Shown here piece by piece: positions 25,524 to 34,555 of a stretch of 46,785 nt of DNA. The notes below the pieces were generated by a model. The model worked only from the letters and a program-made list of their open reading frames with translations, had not been told where the DNA came from and made no database searches. Both the position numbers and the translations under genes were made by a program. Position 1 is the first letter of the stretch. Every line of letters begins with the position of its first letter. The DNA is from an uncultured bacterium (GTDB taxonomy: Bacteria > Bacillota_I > Bacilli_A > RF39 > UBA660): assembly GCA_949293285.1 (NCBI GenBank), contig CASFCU010000059.1, positions 1-46,785 of the forward strand, in the 5' to 3' direction.

Positions 25524-27689
25524 TTAACTTTCCTTTTCTTCATTAGTATCATTTGTGGTTTCATCATCCTGTGAACTTTCTTGTTTCTCTTTAGCAATCG
25601 TAAATGTTATTGTAGTATTTTTTTCTAGCAATTCTTTTACGGTAGTGCCTTCTTTTACTGATTGCCTAATAATAGTTCCTGCTTCAAGCTCTGATTCTTC
25701 ATATTCAAAATAAATGGCTACGGTATTAGAAAACTTACTTCCCCAGTTAGTAACATCTGACTTAGTTTTTGACGTAAAATCCAATACCATACATACTGAA
25801 TTATTCTCATCTTCTAGACAATCAATCTTGTCAGTAGAGGTTGTTTTTTCATTTCTTACAACTTTAATCGTAACTGTTTTATTAGATATCTTATCAAGTC
25901 TTTTATTTACTGGATAATTCTGACTGATTATCGTCCCATCCTTATATCTGGTATTAGAAACATATTCTATTTGTAAGGTGATACCATTTCTTTTTGCCCA
26001 AGTTTCAGCTTCACTAACACTTTTTTCTGTCAAATCAATCAATAAATCATATGTTGTATAAACAGCATAAGGTCCTTCTCCGATAACTTTAGATTCATAA
26101 CCATTCTTTATAGAGTAACTGAAATCTTTTATCATGACATGTTCTTTTTCACCCAAATTAATTTTCATAGCTTCAATTACATCTTCGACACTTTGTTTGT
26201 TTGGAATATAATTCCACAATTGTAACTTTGTACTTTCATCATAAATATATTGTCCAGTTCCATCAATAAATAATTTTTGAATGGTTAAGACTTCATCATT
26301 AGAAGAAGATAGCATAACATCCTTTGCAATGTTATAGAAAGAAAATATGGTATCCTCTGTCATATTAGTATCAAGATTGTCACTAAGTACTTTTAGAATA
26401 TTATCGACTTTAGATATATCAGTAAAACTTTTCATTTTCTCAAGTATAGCTTGAACTACCATTTGTTGATTATTTGCTCTTATAAAATCACTTCTATAAC
26501 CCTGTGTCCATTCACTACTACAATAAGCAGAATTATTTTTTCTGTTACGTGAAAGAGCTAAAGCTTGTTCACCATTTAATGTTTGAAGACCTTCCTTTAC
26601 ATAAATTGTACTATTTCCAAACTCTCTTTGACTATTTTGCTCACAAAAACTGTAAGGAACATCCACTTCTATACCACCTAAAGTATCTACTAGGTCAACA
26701 AGACCCGTAAAGTTTATTTTCATATAGTAATCGATTTCTATATCTAAGAAATTTTGAATAGTATTAATCACACAACTAGTTCCACGAGAAGCAGAATGAG
26801 TAATTTTGTTTTCATATTGTCCAGTAAAACAAGCAATAGGAACATAACTATCTCTTGGGATACTAAGCATAGTAGCAGTCATTGTCGTAGGGTTAAAAGT
26901 AACTAACATCAAAGAATCCCCATTAAACGAATCTGCCTGCTTTAAACCATTTTTAGTAGAATCTATTCCTATCAATAAAATAGTAAAAGGTTCAGATACA
27001 TCCTTGGAACTTCCTAAAAGATCTGCATCTTTCTTGGTCTCTTCCATCTCTGTACTAGTAATCGTTTTTAAAGTCTCACCTAAATTATCTAACCCCTCAG
27101 AAGTACTATAAATATCTACATAATTGGAAGGAAGGAAGGCATATGTGATCTCGTTTTCATAGAGTGCAGTAATCATAGCCGGATAACTATCATAACTAAC
27201 GAGAACATTATCGTCACTTAATCCTTCTGCCTTTACAATTTCTAGGGCAAGATCATACCATCTATCTTTTTCCCCATGATTAGAAATAATTCCAATTTTT
27301 TGATTTTTGAGTGTAATTAAATCCACATCTTCCCTTTCTTTCAAAGTGACTAAACTAGTAGAATAAGTAACGGTCTTATTTAATTGTGAAAAATAAGAGT
27401 ATATCTTATTTAAATTAAACCCGAGGAAAACATAAAATACACTAATAACCACTAAAAAGAAACTATAAAGAATTCCTTTAATCTTCTTCTTTGATTTTTT
27501 CTTCCCTTTTGTAGAGACAAACAATTTACTAATAATTATAAAATCAACAATAATAAGTACACCTATTATCAAATATCTAATAAAGGTTTCGATTCGCGCA
27601 AAAAGATAGATTGAGTATATAAGATAGAAACTAAATATCACACATATGATAGAAATAATATTGGTTATGTTTATCTTTTTTTTATTCAT
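25524..27689 (-). CDS. LytR-CpsA-Psr (LCP) family glycopolymer transferase with two C-terminal PASTA-like domains
   Basis: N-terminal TMs, then an accessory domain, then the LCP core (FTILLIGIDS...GDSLMLVTFNP...MLSIPRDSYVPI). Two ~65-aa modules follow, resembling PASTA (…SVSEAETWAKRNGITLQIEYV…GTIISQNYP…VTIKVV and …AGTIIRQSVKEGT…ITFTIAK). Confidence 0.8.
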   Translation of the reverse strand: MNKKKINITNIISIICVIFSFYLIYSIYLFARIETFIRYLIIGVLIIVDFIIISKLFVSTKGKKKSKKKIKGILYSFFLVVISVFYVFLGFNLNKIYSYFSQLNKTVTYSTSLVTLKEREDVDLITLKNQKIGIISNHGEKDRWYDLALEIVKAEGLSDDNVLVSYDSYPAMITALYENEITYAFLPSNYVDIYSTSEGLDNLGETLKTITSTEMEETKKDADLLGSSKDVSEPFTILLIGIDSTKNGLKQADSFNGDSLMLVTFNPTTMTATMLSIPRDSYVPIACFTGQYENKITHSASRGTSCVINTIQNFLDIEIDYYMKINFTGLVDLVDTLGGIEVDVPYSFCEQNSQREFGNSTIYVKEGLQTLNGEQALALSRNRKNNSAYCSSEWTQGYRSDFIRANNQQMVVQAILEKMKSFTDISKVDNILKVLSDNLDTNMTEDTIFSFYNIAKDVMLSSSNDEVLTIQKLFIDGTGQYIYDESTKLQLWNYIPNKQSVEDVIEAMKINLGEKEHVMIKDFSYSIKNGYESKVIGEGPYAVYTTYDLLIDLTEKSVSEAETWAKRNGITLQIEYVSNTRYKDGTIISQNYPVNKRLDKISNKTVTIKVVRNEKTTSTDKIDCLEDENNSVCMVLDFTSKTKSDVTNWGSKFSNTVAIYFEYEESELEAGTIIRQSVKEGTTVKELLEKNTTITFTIAKEKQESSQDDETTNDTNEEKES

Positions 27690-27729
27690 AATTCCTCCAT
27701 ATAGAAAAACCTAAACGAAAAAGAAGAAT

Positions 27730-29199
27730 TTATTTCTTTTTCGTTTTCATCGGCTTTCTCTCCACTTTGTTTGAAATATCTTCTTCTATTTTATCATCCT
27801 TTTTATTGATTTGCGTACCTTCTTCCATAGAAATATTTAAATTGTCAACATTCTCTGTAAAGCTCTTTCTCTTTTCTTTTGATAATTCTTCTCTTTTTTT
27901 TCCTTCTTTTCGATTATTATTTTTTAATGTTGTCACTAAAATATATAGATAGGTAACTACTAATAAACTACCCAAACCAATAATAATGTATTCATAAATT
28001 TTATTTTTTTCTTCGATTTCTACCTTTTTATCATTTTCTTTTTGATTAAATAATTGTAAAGTATTTTCTTTGGAATCATATTGATAAAGATTAGTAAGAC
28101 CATTTTCTATATTTGTAGCATATACTAAATAAAAATTCGATGATTCATCATTTTGATAGGCAGTAAGTTCCTTTTCATTAATTACAATTTTAACCTCTTT
28201 ATATCCTTGAGGAATTTTATTTAATTTCTCTTCTGTAACAATAATTTTATTAAAAGAGAACTCCTTATATAAAGAATAAGTATTATCCTTATATGAATAA
28301 AGGGAAACATCTCCATTTTCATCAGTAAGACCTACTAAAGTGACCTTTGTAACATTATTTATAAAAGCAGGAACATCTTCATCATTAATTTTTATAGTAG
28401 TCTCTTCATAACTAGAATTAGGAATAGTAATCAATTCCTTTTTTCTGACAACGTTATAATTTTTTCCATCTAATTCTACGACAATAGGAGAAAGCTCTTT
28501 TACCGTAACATTTAATATGTAACTTCTAGTACTTCCATTTTGTGCAGTAACTTTAATTTCAATCTTATTAATTCCTTCCACAAGTTCATGATTTCCAAGC
28601 CCTGATACAGAAGACCTAGAATCATCCTTAGCTCCAGTAATATTAATAGATCTAACGTCATTTTCCAGAGTCAACGAATATTCAAGCGTATCCTTATTGA
28701 AACCAGGAGATAGCACATACCCATCCACACCCAAACTAGAAAGATAATTATTTTTGCTGTAACTATCTTCCAATTGTTGTTGTGTAATAACCGTAATGGA
28801 TTTTGAAGTTGTCTTATTAACTGTATAAGGATTTCCATAAAAATCAATAGCTTCATTTAAAATAAAAGATACGGTAGCAGTACCACTTGCTTTTGCTTTA
28901 AACTTGAAAGTAAATGTAGTAGACTTAGTACTATCATTTTGAATAACATAAGTATTATTCAAAGTACCACTAACCAAAGTTAATTTGGAAGTATCATAAT
29001 CAAATTTATAAACTAAGCTTCCTAGCGGAGTAGAAGAAGAAACCTTAACTGTATAAGTTATTGTATTCCCAACTACCACTTTACTAGCACTAGAAGAAAC
29101 AGAAACAGAAGCACTAGCAGCACTACAAGTAGTAATATTCCAAGCATACAGCAAAGAAATGACTACTATGAAAAGAAAGTTCTTTTTTAAGAATCTCAT
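27730..29199 (-). CDS. Membrane-anchored surface protein: cohesin-like domain + cadherin-like beta-sandwich domain + C-terminal TM
   Basis: A signal peptide, then a cohesin-like module (VVVGNTITYTVKVSS..LGSLVYKFDYDTSKLTLVSG). Next comes YLSSLGVDGYVLSPGFNKDTLEYSLTL...AQNGSTRSYILNVTV (cadherin-like). Near the C-terminus is the TM IIIGLGSLLVVTYLYILV plus a charged tail. Confidence 0.7.
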   Translation of the reverse strand: MRFLKKNFLFIVVISLLYAWNITTCSAASASVSVSSSASKVVVGNTITYTVKVSSSTPLGSLVYKFDYDTSKLTLVSGTLNNTYVIQNDSTKSTTFTFKFKAKASGTATVSFILNEAIDFYGNPYTVNKTTSKSITVITQQQLEDSYSKNNYLSSLGVDGYVLSPGFNKDTLEYSLTLENDVRSINITGAKDDSRSSVSGLGNHELVEGINKIEIKVTAQNGSTRSYILNVTVKELSPIVVELDGKNYNVVRKKELITIPNSSYEETTIKINDEDVPAFINNVTKVTLVGLTDENGDVSLYSYKDNTYSLYKEFSFNKIIVTEEKLNKIPQGYKEVKIVINEKELTAYQNDESSNFYLVYATNIENGLTNLYQYDSKENTLQLFNQKENDKKVEIEEKNKIYEYIIIGLGSLLVVTYLYILVTTLKNNNRKEGKKREELSKEKRKSFTENVDNLNISMEEGTQINKKDDKIEEDISNKVERKPMKTKKK

Positions 29200-29211
29200 T
29201 TTACCTCCTTT

Positions 29212-31266
29212 TTATTTTTGACTTATATTACTATAACCTAGAATATGTTTTTGAACATTCAACAAATCGATAGCAGAAACATTACCATCTCGATTAGTAT
29301 CAGCCGCTCTTGCATAAGATCCAAGTAAAGTAGTATAACCTAAAATATGCTTTTGAACATTCAACAAATCGATAGCAGAAACATTACCATCTCCGTTATT
29401 ATCTCCATATATAACAACTTCTAACGTTTTTGACTCACTATTCGTAGAAATAATTATTTTATCACCGGTAACAATAGTTCCTTCATTTTTATTTCTACCT
29501 TGTCTATCCTGAACATTAACACTAACAGTTTCATAATTTTTTATCAATTTTTCTATCAAACCATCTACATTAGTAGAAAAGGTAACATTCCATAAATAAT
29601 AATCATCATAACTATATCCACTAGCACTCAAAACATCAGCAATTTTCACGGTTACTTCATCAGAATCATCCTTTTTTTCTTCTCTTTTTACAGTTAAATT
29701 ATAAGTCTTAACTGCTCCATTTTGAGCTGTGACTACAATAGAGAAAGAATTGCTATCACCAGTAAGAATTTTATCACCAGTACCCACTATTTTAGCTTTG
29801 CTATTAACAGCAAGTGCAGATATATTAATTTCTTCAGAATATGGAACGGTAACCGTATAATTAACAGTACCCCCACTAAAATTAGTAACAGAAATTCCAT
29901 TTACCTTCAACTCTTTAAGCCAATTATTAGGATTTCCCAAATTTGGTAGGGTAGTCTTTTCCGGCATCCCATCAAATATTGGAATAGAAAAAGAAAATGC
30001 TTCATCAATAATCCCCATACTATTATAAGAGTTATAAGTGGTAACACTAGGAGATACAAGTCCTATGATATTAGTAGTATACTGATGCCACATCCCTTTT
30101 GTAGCAGTAGGAGATAAATTAAATTTTTGAAAATAGGAAGTATATTGTCCACATTGTACATAGTTTACGGTAATCTTATAAGCTCCTTCGACAATTGCTT
30201 TTTGTTGAGTATTCCACTGATAAAGTTTGGCAGTCTGAAGAGATTTTAACTTAGGATCCTTACTAGATGATGCACCAATATTAAAAAAATTATAATACCC
30301 AGTATAATCTACTCCGTCCGATAAAACTCCAGCTTTTCCATTCGTAACAATATTAGTATCACTAAGTCCAACCTCTTGACGAGATAAGGCAGCTAAATAC
30401 ATAGGAGAAACATTATACTTTTCGGAAGCTTCCATAAAATAAGAAGTATATTGTCTCATAAAATCCGAAGAAAGAATCTTATTTACAGTATCTGCATTTT
30501 GATAATCGGAATTGTAAAGCAAATCTTCAAACATAAATATATAACTTTCGGTAAGAAAATTTCTAGGATCCATATAATAAGCAATTGTCTGACTATTAGC
30601 TTGATACCAATAAAGTCCATCATGAGCAAAAAACTTATCTAACTCATAATCATAATTTCCGGCTTCCACAGATAAATATCCTTCTAAACCTTGCTCTTTG
30701 GCACTAGCATTGACATTATACAAACTTGTACCAGAAGAATTTTGCTCACTAAGAGCTTCACTCCAAGTATATTTAGATTTAACCCCTTTAAATATCCAAG
30801 TTGGGTGAATTTTATGTAAAGCCCTTAATTTCACTTTATAACTTTCTGGAAATCCTTGACTATCCAAATATGCCTCAAACTCCTCATCGGTCATATTGGC
30901 CATTTCCGAATTAGAAACATCCGTAGTAGGTGGAACAACGTCATCCACTTCCACTGTTTCAAGATCTTCTATATAAGTGGAACATCCGTATCCTCTATAA
31001 GAAACCCCATTTTCTTCATATATAATTTCTGCCCACGGATCATCACATCCTTCCCCATCACTATAAGAAAGGATAGTAACTCTAGCATTGTGTGGGACAC
31101 CAGTAATTCTATCATAAGCTGTACTAGGACCACTTCTAAGTTTAATTCCTATAGTAGAGGAAATTCTTCCAGTAGTTTTTTCTAATGCTTGAACTGAAAA
31201 TGTAACAAGAAAAAAAGAACATAACATCAAAAAAACTACAGGGATTATATTTCTTCTTTTTTTCAT
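29212..31266 (-). CDS. Secreted SH3b + GH73-type N-acetylglucosaminidase + cadherin-like domain + type-I dockerin protein
   Basis: SH3b (IGIKLRSGPSTAYDRI). Glucosaminidase core (YLAALSRQEVG...YNFFNIGA). Then WLKELKVNGISV...AQNGAVKTYNLTVKR. The C-terminus has duplicated DxNxDGxVSAIDLLNVQKHILGY calcium-binding repeats. The start is set at MKKRRNI after GGAGGTG. Confidence 0.8.
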   Translation of the reverse strand: MKKRRNIIPVVFLMLCSFFLVTFSVQALEKTTGRISSTIGIKLRSGPSTAYDRITGVPHNARVTILSYSDGEGCDDPWAEIIYEENGVSYRGYGCSTYIEDLETVEVDDVVPPTTDVSNSEMANMTDEEFEAYLDSQGFPESYKVKLRALHKIHPTWIFKGVKSKYTWSEALSEQNSSGTSLYNVNASAKEQGLEGYLSVEAGNYDYELDKFFAHDGLYWYQANSQTIAYYMDPRNFLTESYIFMFEDLLYNSDYQNADTVNKILSSDFMRQYTSYFMEASEKYNVSPMYLAALSRQEVGLSDTNIVTNGKAGVLSDGVDYTGYYNFFNIGASSSKDPKLKSLQTAKLYQWNTQQKAIVEGAYKITVNYVQCGQYTSYFQKFNLSPTATKGMWHQYTTNIIGLVSPSVTTYNSYNSMGIIDEAFSFSIPIFDGMPEKTTLPNLGNPNNWLKELKVNGISVTNFSGGTVNYTVTVPYSEEINISALAVNSKAKIVGTGDKILTGDSNSFSIVVTAQNGAVKTYNLTVKREEKKDDSDEVTVKIADVLSASGYSYDDYYLWNVTFSTNVDGLIEKLIKNYETVSVNVQDRQGRNKNEGTIVTGDKIIISTNSESKTLEVVIYGDNNGDGNVSAIDLLNVQKHILGYTTLLGSYARAADTNRDGNVSAIDLLNVQKHILGYSNISQK
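29232..29392. repeat. Two near-identical 59-bp direct repeats encoding the two dockerin segments
   Basis: 29232-29290 versus 29334-29392, offset by 102 bp (34 codons). Only 2 mismatches. Confidence 0.9.
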
Positions 31267-31486
31267 AAACACCTCCATTTTCATACTTTAACAAGTATAA
31301 TTATATAATATAAAAAGTAAAGAGTCTACTAATCGTCAATTCTTTCCAGACAAATCGAAATTATTAGACATTTTTTTACAAAAAAAATCACGAAAAAGCA
31401 AGAAAAAGATAAAAAAAGCACTAGAGAAAAACTAGTTCTTAATAAATGAATAAAAATTTGTTAAAATGTAAATGATGGGTGAAATT

Positions 31487-33568
31487 ATGAAAAAAAATAA
31501 ACTATTATACATATTCTTATTTCTTCAAATTCTATTAATGGTAATAGAGTTAATAAATGTAAACGAAAACCTGTATGTAATTGTAAAATTAGCAATTATT
31601 TTATATGAAATTCTGTCTTTAGTATGGATAAAGAAAAATAAACAAAGAAATATGTTATACATCCTGTTATCTTTTATCCCCCTTTCTATGGACATCATTC
31701 GACGTGGTAACAGCAACATAGCATTAATGACAAATTATTTATACCTACCACTAACCATCATTTTTATATTGAATATTTATGAAGAAGCAAAAATCAATAA
31801 AAGAAATCTTTTAAATATGATAATCACCTTATCTATTTTCTTTCTTTTGTTTCTTCTCATCACTAAAAATATAAATCTCAATATAGCTTTCACTCTATCT
31901 ATCATTTTCCCTTTATTATTTATTTATTTTAATAAAAAAGTAACTTTTCTTAATACAGCACCAATTTTCATAACATCACTGTTCTTTTTATACGTAAAAA
32001 ATAGTCTATTATTAATAATCACAGTAATTGACCTAGTAATACTAACCATCTATCATTTACTAACAAAAAAAGAAAAAAAGATACAAGCAATAATTTTGAT
32101 GATACTATGGGCAATACTACTAACAATAAAAATGAACACAACTATCAATTTATATTTCGACATAAGTAGATACACCTTCATAATCGAATCTAACAATCAA
32201 CTATTCGATATATTGAGTACAATAATATACTTATTGCCACTGATACTAGTAACCATAAAAATAGTAAAAACCTCAATCAAAAATAAAGAGAAAATCAGTT
32301 TTGAACTACTCATGTTAGTATTAGCCCTTTTAAACACCTATATTATCCTATTTTTCAATTATTTCCTACTACCAGCAATGTCACTGGTCACATTAAGCTA
32401 TATTTTAGTGTTAATAACAAAAAAACAGAAAATACGAAATACATCATTAGAAGAAAATAAAATAACCATCATTGCCCTTCACTTAGGATATGGTGGAATA
32501 GAACAGTATATATCATCTCTTTGCCAAATGTTAAATAAAAAATATAAAATAGAAATAATTTCTACATATAAAGTATTAGATAAACCAGCTTTTTACTTTC
32601 ATCCTAACATAAAAATAACATATTTAATAAATCACAAACCAAACACAGAAGAATTTAAAAGAAGTATAAAAAAACGTCATATTTTATCTATTATAAAAGA
32701 AGGAGTAAAAGGAATCTATCTTTTGTACCAGAAGAAAACTCTTAATATCGAAAGTATAGAGGATATCACTAGCAAATACATAATTACAACAAGAGAATAT
32801 CACAACGAATTAGTAGGACACTATGCAAGAGAAGATATCATAAAAATAGCAACGGAACACAACTATCATAATGATGATAGAAAGTACATAAGAAAAGTAA
32901 CAGATTCAGTAAAATATTTTAACTACTTCGTATTAGTAACGAACACCCTCAAAGAATTTTATGAAGAAAAAGTAGTACCAAAATGTATCTATATTCCCAA
33001 TGTATTAGATCATCTTCCTCTAAAGCAATCGAGTTGTAAAAATCATAACTTAATTAGTGTTGGTCGTCTTTCAAAAGAAAAAGGTCAAAAAGATTTAATA
33101 GATGTAGTAAAATTATTAAAAGAAAAATATGAAGATATTAAGTTATATTTAATCGGAGATGGCAATCAAAAAGAAACCTTAGAAACCTATATAAAACAAA
33201 ATAATTTAAGTAAAAATGTTATTTTAACTGGCTTTCTATCCAAAAATGATATAGAATTAAAAATGTTAGATAGTTACATATTCGTAACGACTTCTTATAC
33301 TGAGTCTTTTGGATTAGTTGTACTTGAAGCTTGCAGTTATAAATTGCCATGTGTTGCATTCGACTCAGCAGCAGGAATTAAAGAGTTATTAGAAAAAGGA
33401 AATGGCATACTAGTTTCTAATCGAGATAAAAAGAAGATGAAAGAAGAAATCATCAAACTGTTTGAAGATGATAAATATAGGGCAAAAATAATAAAAAACG
33501 GCTATCATAACTGCAAGAAATATTTAAGTGAAAACATCTCAAAAGAATGGTTTAATTTACTTAAATAG
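31487..33568 (+). CDS. Fusion of a ~330-aa polytopic membrane domain with a GT4 (group 1) glycosyltransferase
   Basis: The C-terminal half carries the GT-B/GT4 signature (ISVGRLSKEKG...LIGDG...FVTTSYTESFGLVVLEACSYKLPCVAFD). The N-terminal half has about 10 TM helices. Confidence 0.8.
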   Translation: MKKNKLLYIFLFLQILLMVIELINVNENLYVIVKLAIILYEILSLVWIKKNKQRNMLYILLSFIPLSMDIIRRGNSNIALMTNYLYLPLTIIFILNIYEEAKINKRNLLNMIITLSIFFLLFLLITKNINLNIAFTLSIIFPLLFIYFNKKVTFLNTAPIFITSLFFLYVKNSLLLIITVIDLVILTIYHLLTKKEKKIQAIILMILWAILLTIKMNTTINLYFDISRYTFIIESNNQLFDILSTIIYLLPLILVTIKIVKTSIKNKEKISFELLMLVLALLNTYIILFFNYFLLPAMSLVTLSYILVLITKKQKIRNTSLEENKITIIALHLGYGGIEQYISSLCQMLNKKYKIEIISTYKVLDKPAFYFHPNIKITYLINHKPNTEEFKRSIKKRHILSIIKEGVKGIYLLYQKKTLNIESIEDITSKYIITTREYHNELVGHYAREDIIKIATEHNYHNDDRKYIRKVTDSVKYFNYFVLVTNTLKEFYEEKVVPKCIYIPNVLDHLPLKQSSCKNHNLISVGRLSKEKGQKDLIDVVKLLKEKYEDIKLYLIGDGNQKETLETYIKQNNLSKNVILTGFLSKNDIELKMLDSYIFVTTSYTESFGLVVLEACSYKLPCVAFDSAAGIKELLEKGNGILVSNRDKKKMKEEIIKLFEDDKYRAKIIKNGYHNCKKYLSENISKEWFNLLK

Positions 33569-33579
33569 AAGGTGATTTT

Positions 33580-34065
33580 GTGAAAAAAAAGGATAAAAAA
33601 AAGATTTTGTTTATATCATCAACAGGGGGGCACTTATCAGAGATGTTAATGCTGTCCCCGATGTTTGAGAAATACGACTACCACATAATAACTGAAAAGA
33701 CAAAATCTAATATGTTTCTTTTAGAAAAATATCCTAACAAAGTAGATTTTTTACTCTACGGGACCAAAACCCATTTCCTGACTTATCCTTTTAAGCTTAT
33801 ATACAACACCTTGAAAAGCCTATTGCTATATTTTAAAATAAGACCAAAGGTAATTATTACAACCGGTGCCCACACAGCAGGACCAATGTGTTGTATAGGT
33901 AAATTATTTGGTAGTAAAATAATCTATATTGAAACATTAGCAAATAGTAAAACAAAAACAGTAACCGGTAGAATTATCTACCATTTTGCAGATTTATTTA
34001 TAGTACAATGGGAAAGCATGTTAAAGCTGTATCCAAAAGCAAAATATTGGGGGTGTATTTATTAA
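33580..34065 (+). CDS. Alg14-like (Cps14F/PssD-type) glycosyltransferase membrane-association subunit
   Basis: ILFISSTGGHLSEM...IITTGAHTAGPMC. GTG start. The stop overlaps the next start (TAATG). Confidence 0.75.
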   Translation: MKKKDKKKILFISSTGGHLSEMLMLSPMFEKYDYHIITEKTKSNMFLLEKYPNKVDFLLYGTKTHFLTYPFKLIYNTLKSLLLYFKIRPKVIITTGAHTAGPMCCIGKLFGSKIIYIETLANSKTKTVTGRIIYHFADLFIVQWESMLKLYPKAKYWGCIY

Positions 34066-34544
34066 TGATATTTGTAACATTAGGAACCCAAGATAAAAGC
34101 TTTGAAAGACTACTTTCTGCAATTGATAGAGAAATAAACAAAAAGAATATCAATGATAGGGTAATCGTCCAAGCTGGTATTACCAAATATCAAAGTAAAA
34201 ATATGGAAATATTTGATTTAATACCAAAAGATAAATTCGAAGAATTAATAGAACAGTGTGATTTACTCATCACACATGGGGGAGTAGGATCTATTTTAGC
34301 AGGATTAACTCATGGTAAGAAAGTAATAGCAGCCCCTCGTCTAGCAAAATATAATGAACATGTAAATGATCATCAATTACAAATAGTAGAAAATTTTGGA
34401 AAAAGTAAATATTTACTAGCACTTAAAGATTTTTCAAAACTAGGAAAAGTAATCAAAAAATCAAAAAATTTCAAACCTAAAAAATTTGTAAGTAACACAG
34501 AAACAATTATTAAGAACATAGAAGATTATATAGATAAATTATAG
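34065..34544 (+). CDS. Alg13-like (Cps14G/PssE-type, GT28 C-terminal domain) glycosyltransferase catalytic subunit
   Basis: MIFVTLGTQDKSFERLL...LITHGGVGSI. The start is at ATG 34065, not 34008. Confidence 0.75.
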   Translation: MIFVTLGTQDKSFERLLSAIDREINKKNINDRVIVQAGITKYQSKNMEIFDLIPKDKFEELIEQCDLLITHGGVGSILAGLTHGKKVIAAPRLAKYNEHVNDHQLQIVENFGKSKYLLALKDFSKLGKVIKKSKNFKPKKFVSNTETIIKNIEDYIDKL

Positions 34545-34555
34545 AGGAATTAAAG

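Noticed and set aside
33583-33602. Two A8 tracts at the 5' end of the Alg14-like gene as phase-variation switches
   Set aside because: A8 runs encoding Lys-Lys are common in this AT-rich genome (for example in zupT, the ponA start and many others). They are short for efficient slipped-strand switching, and there is no evidence of variation from a single sequence.
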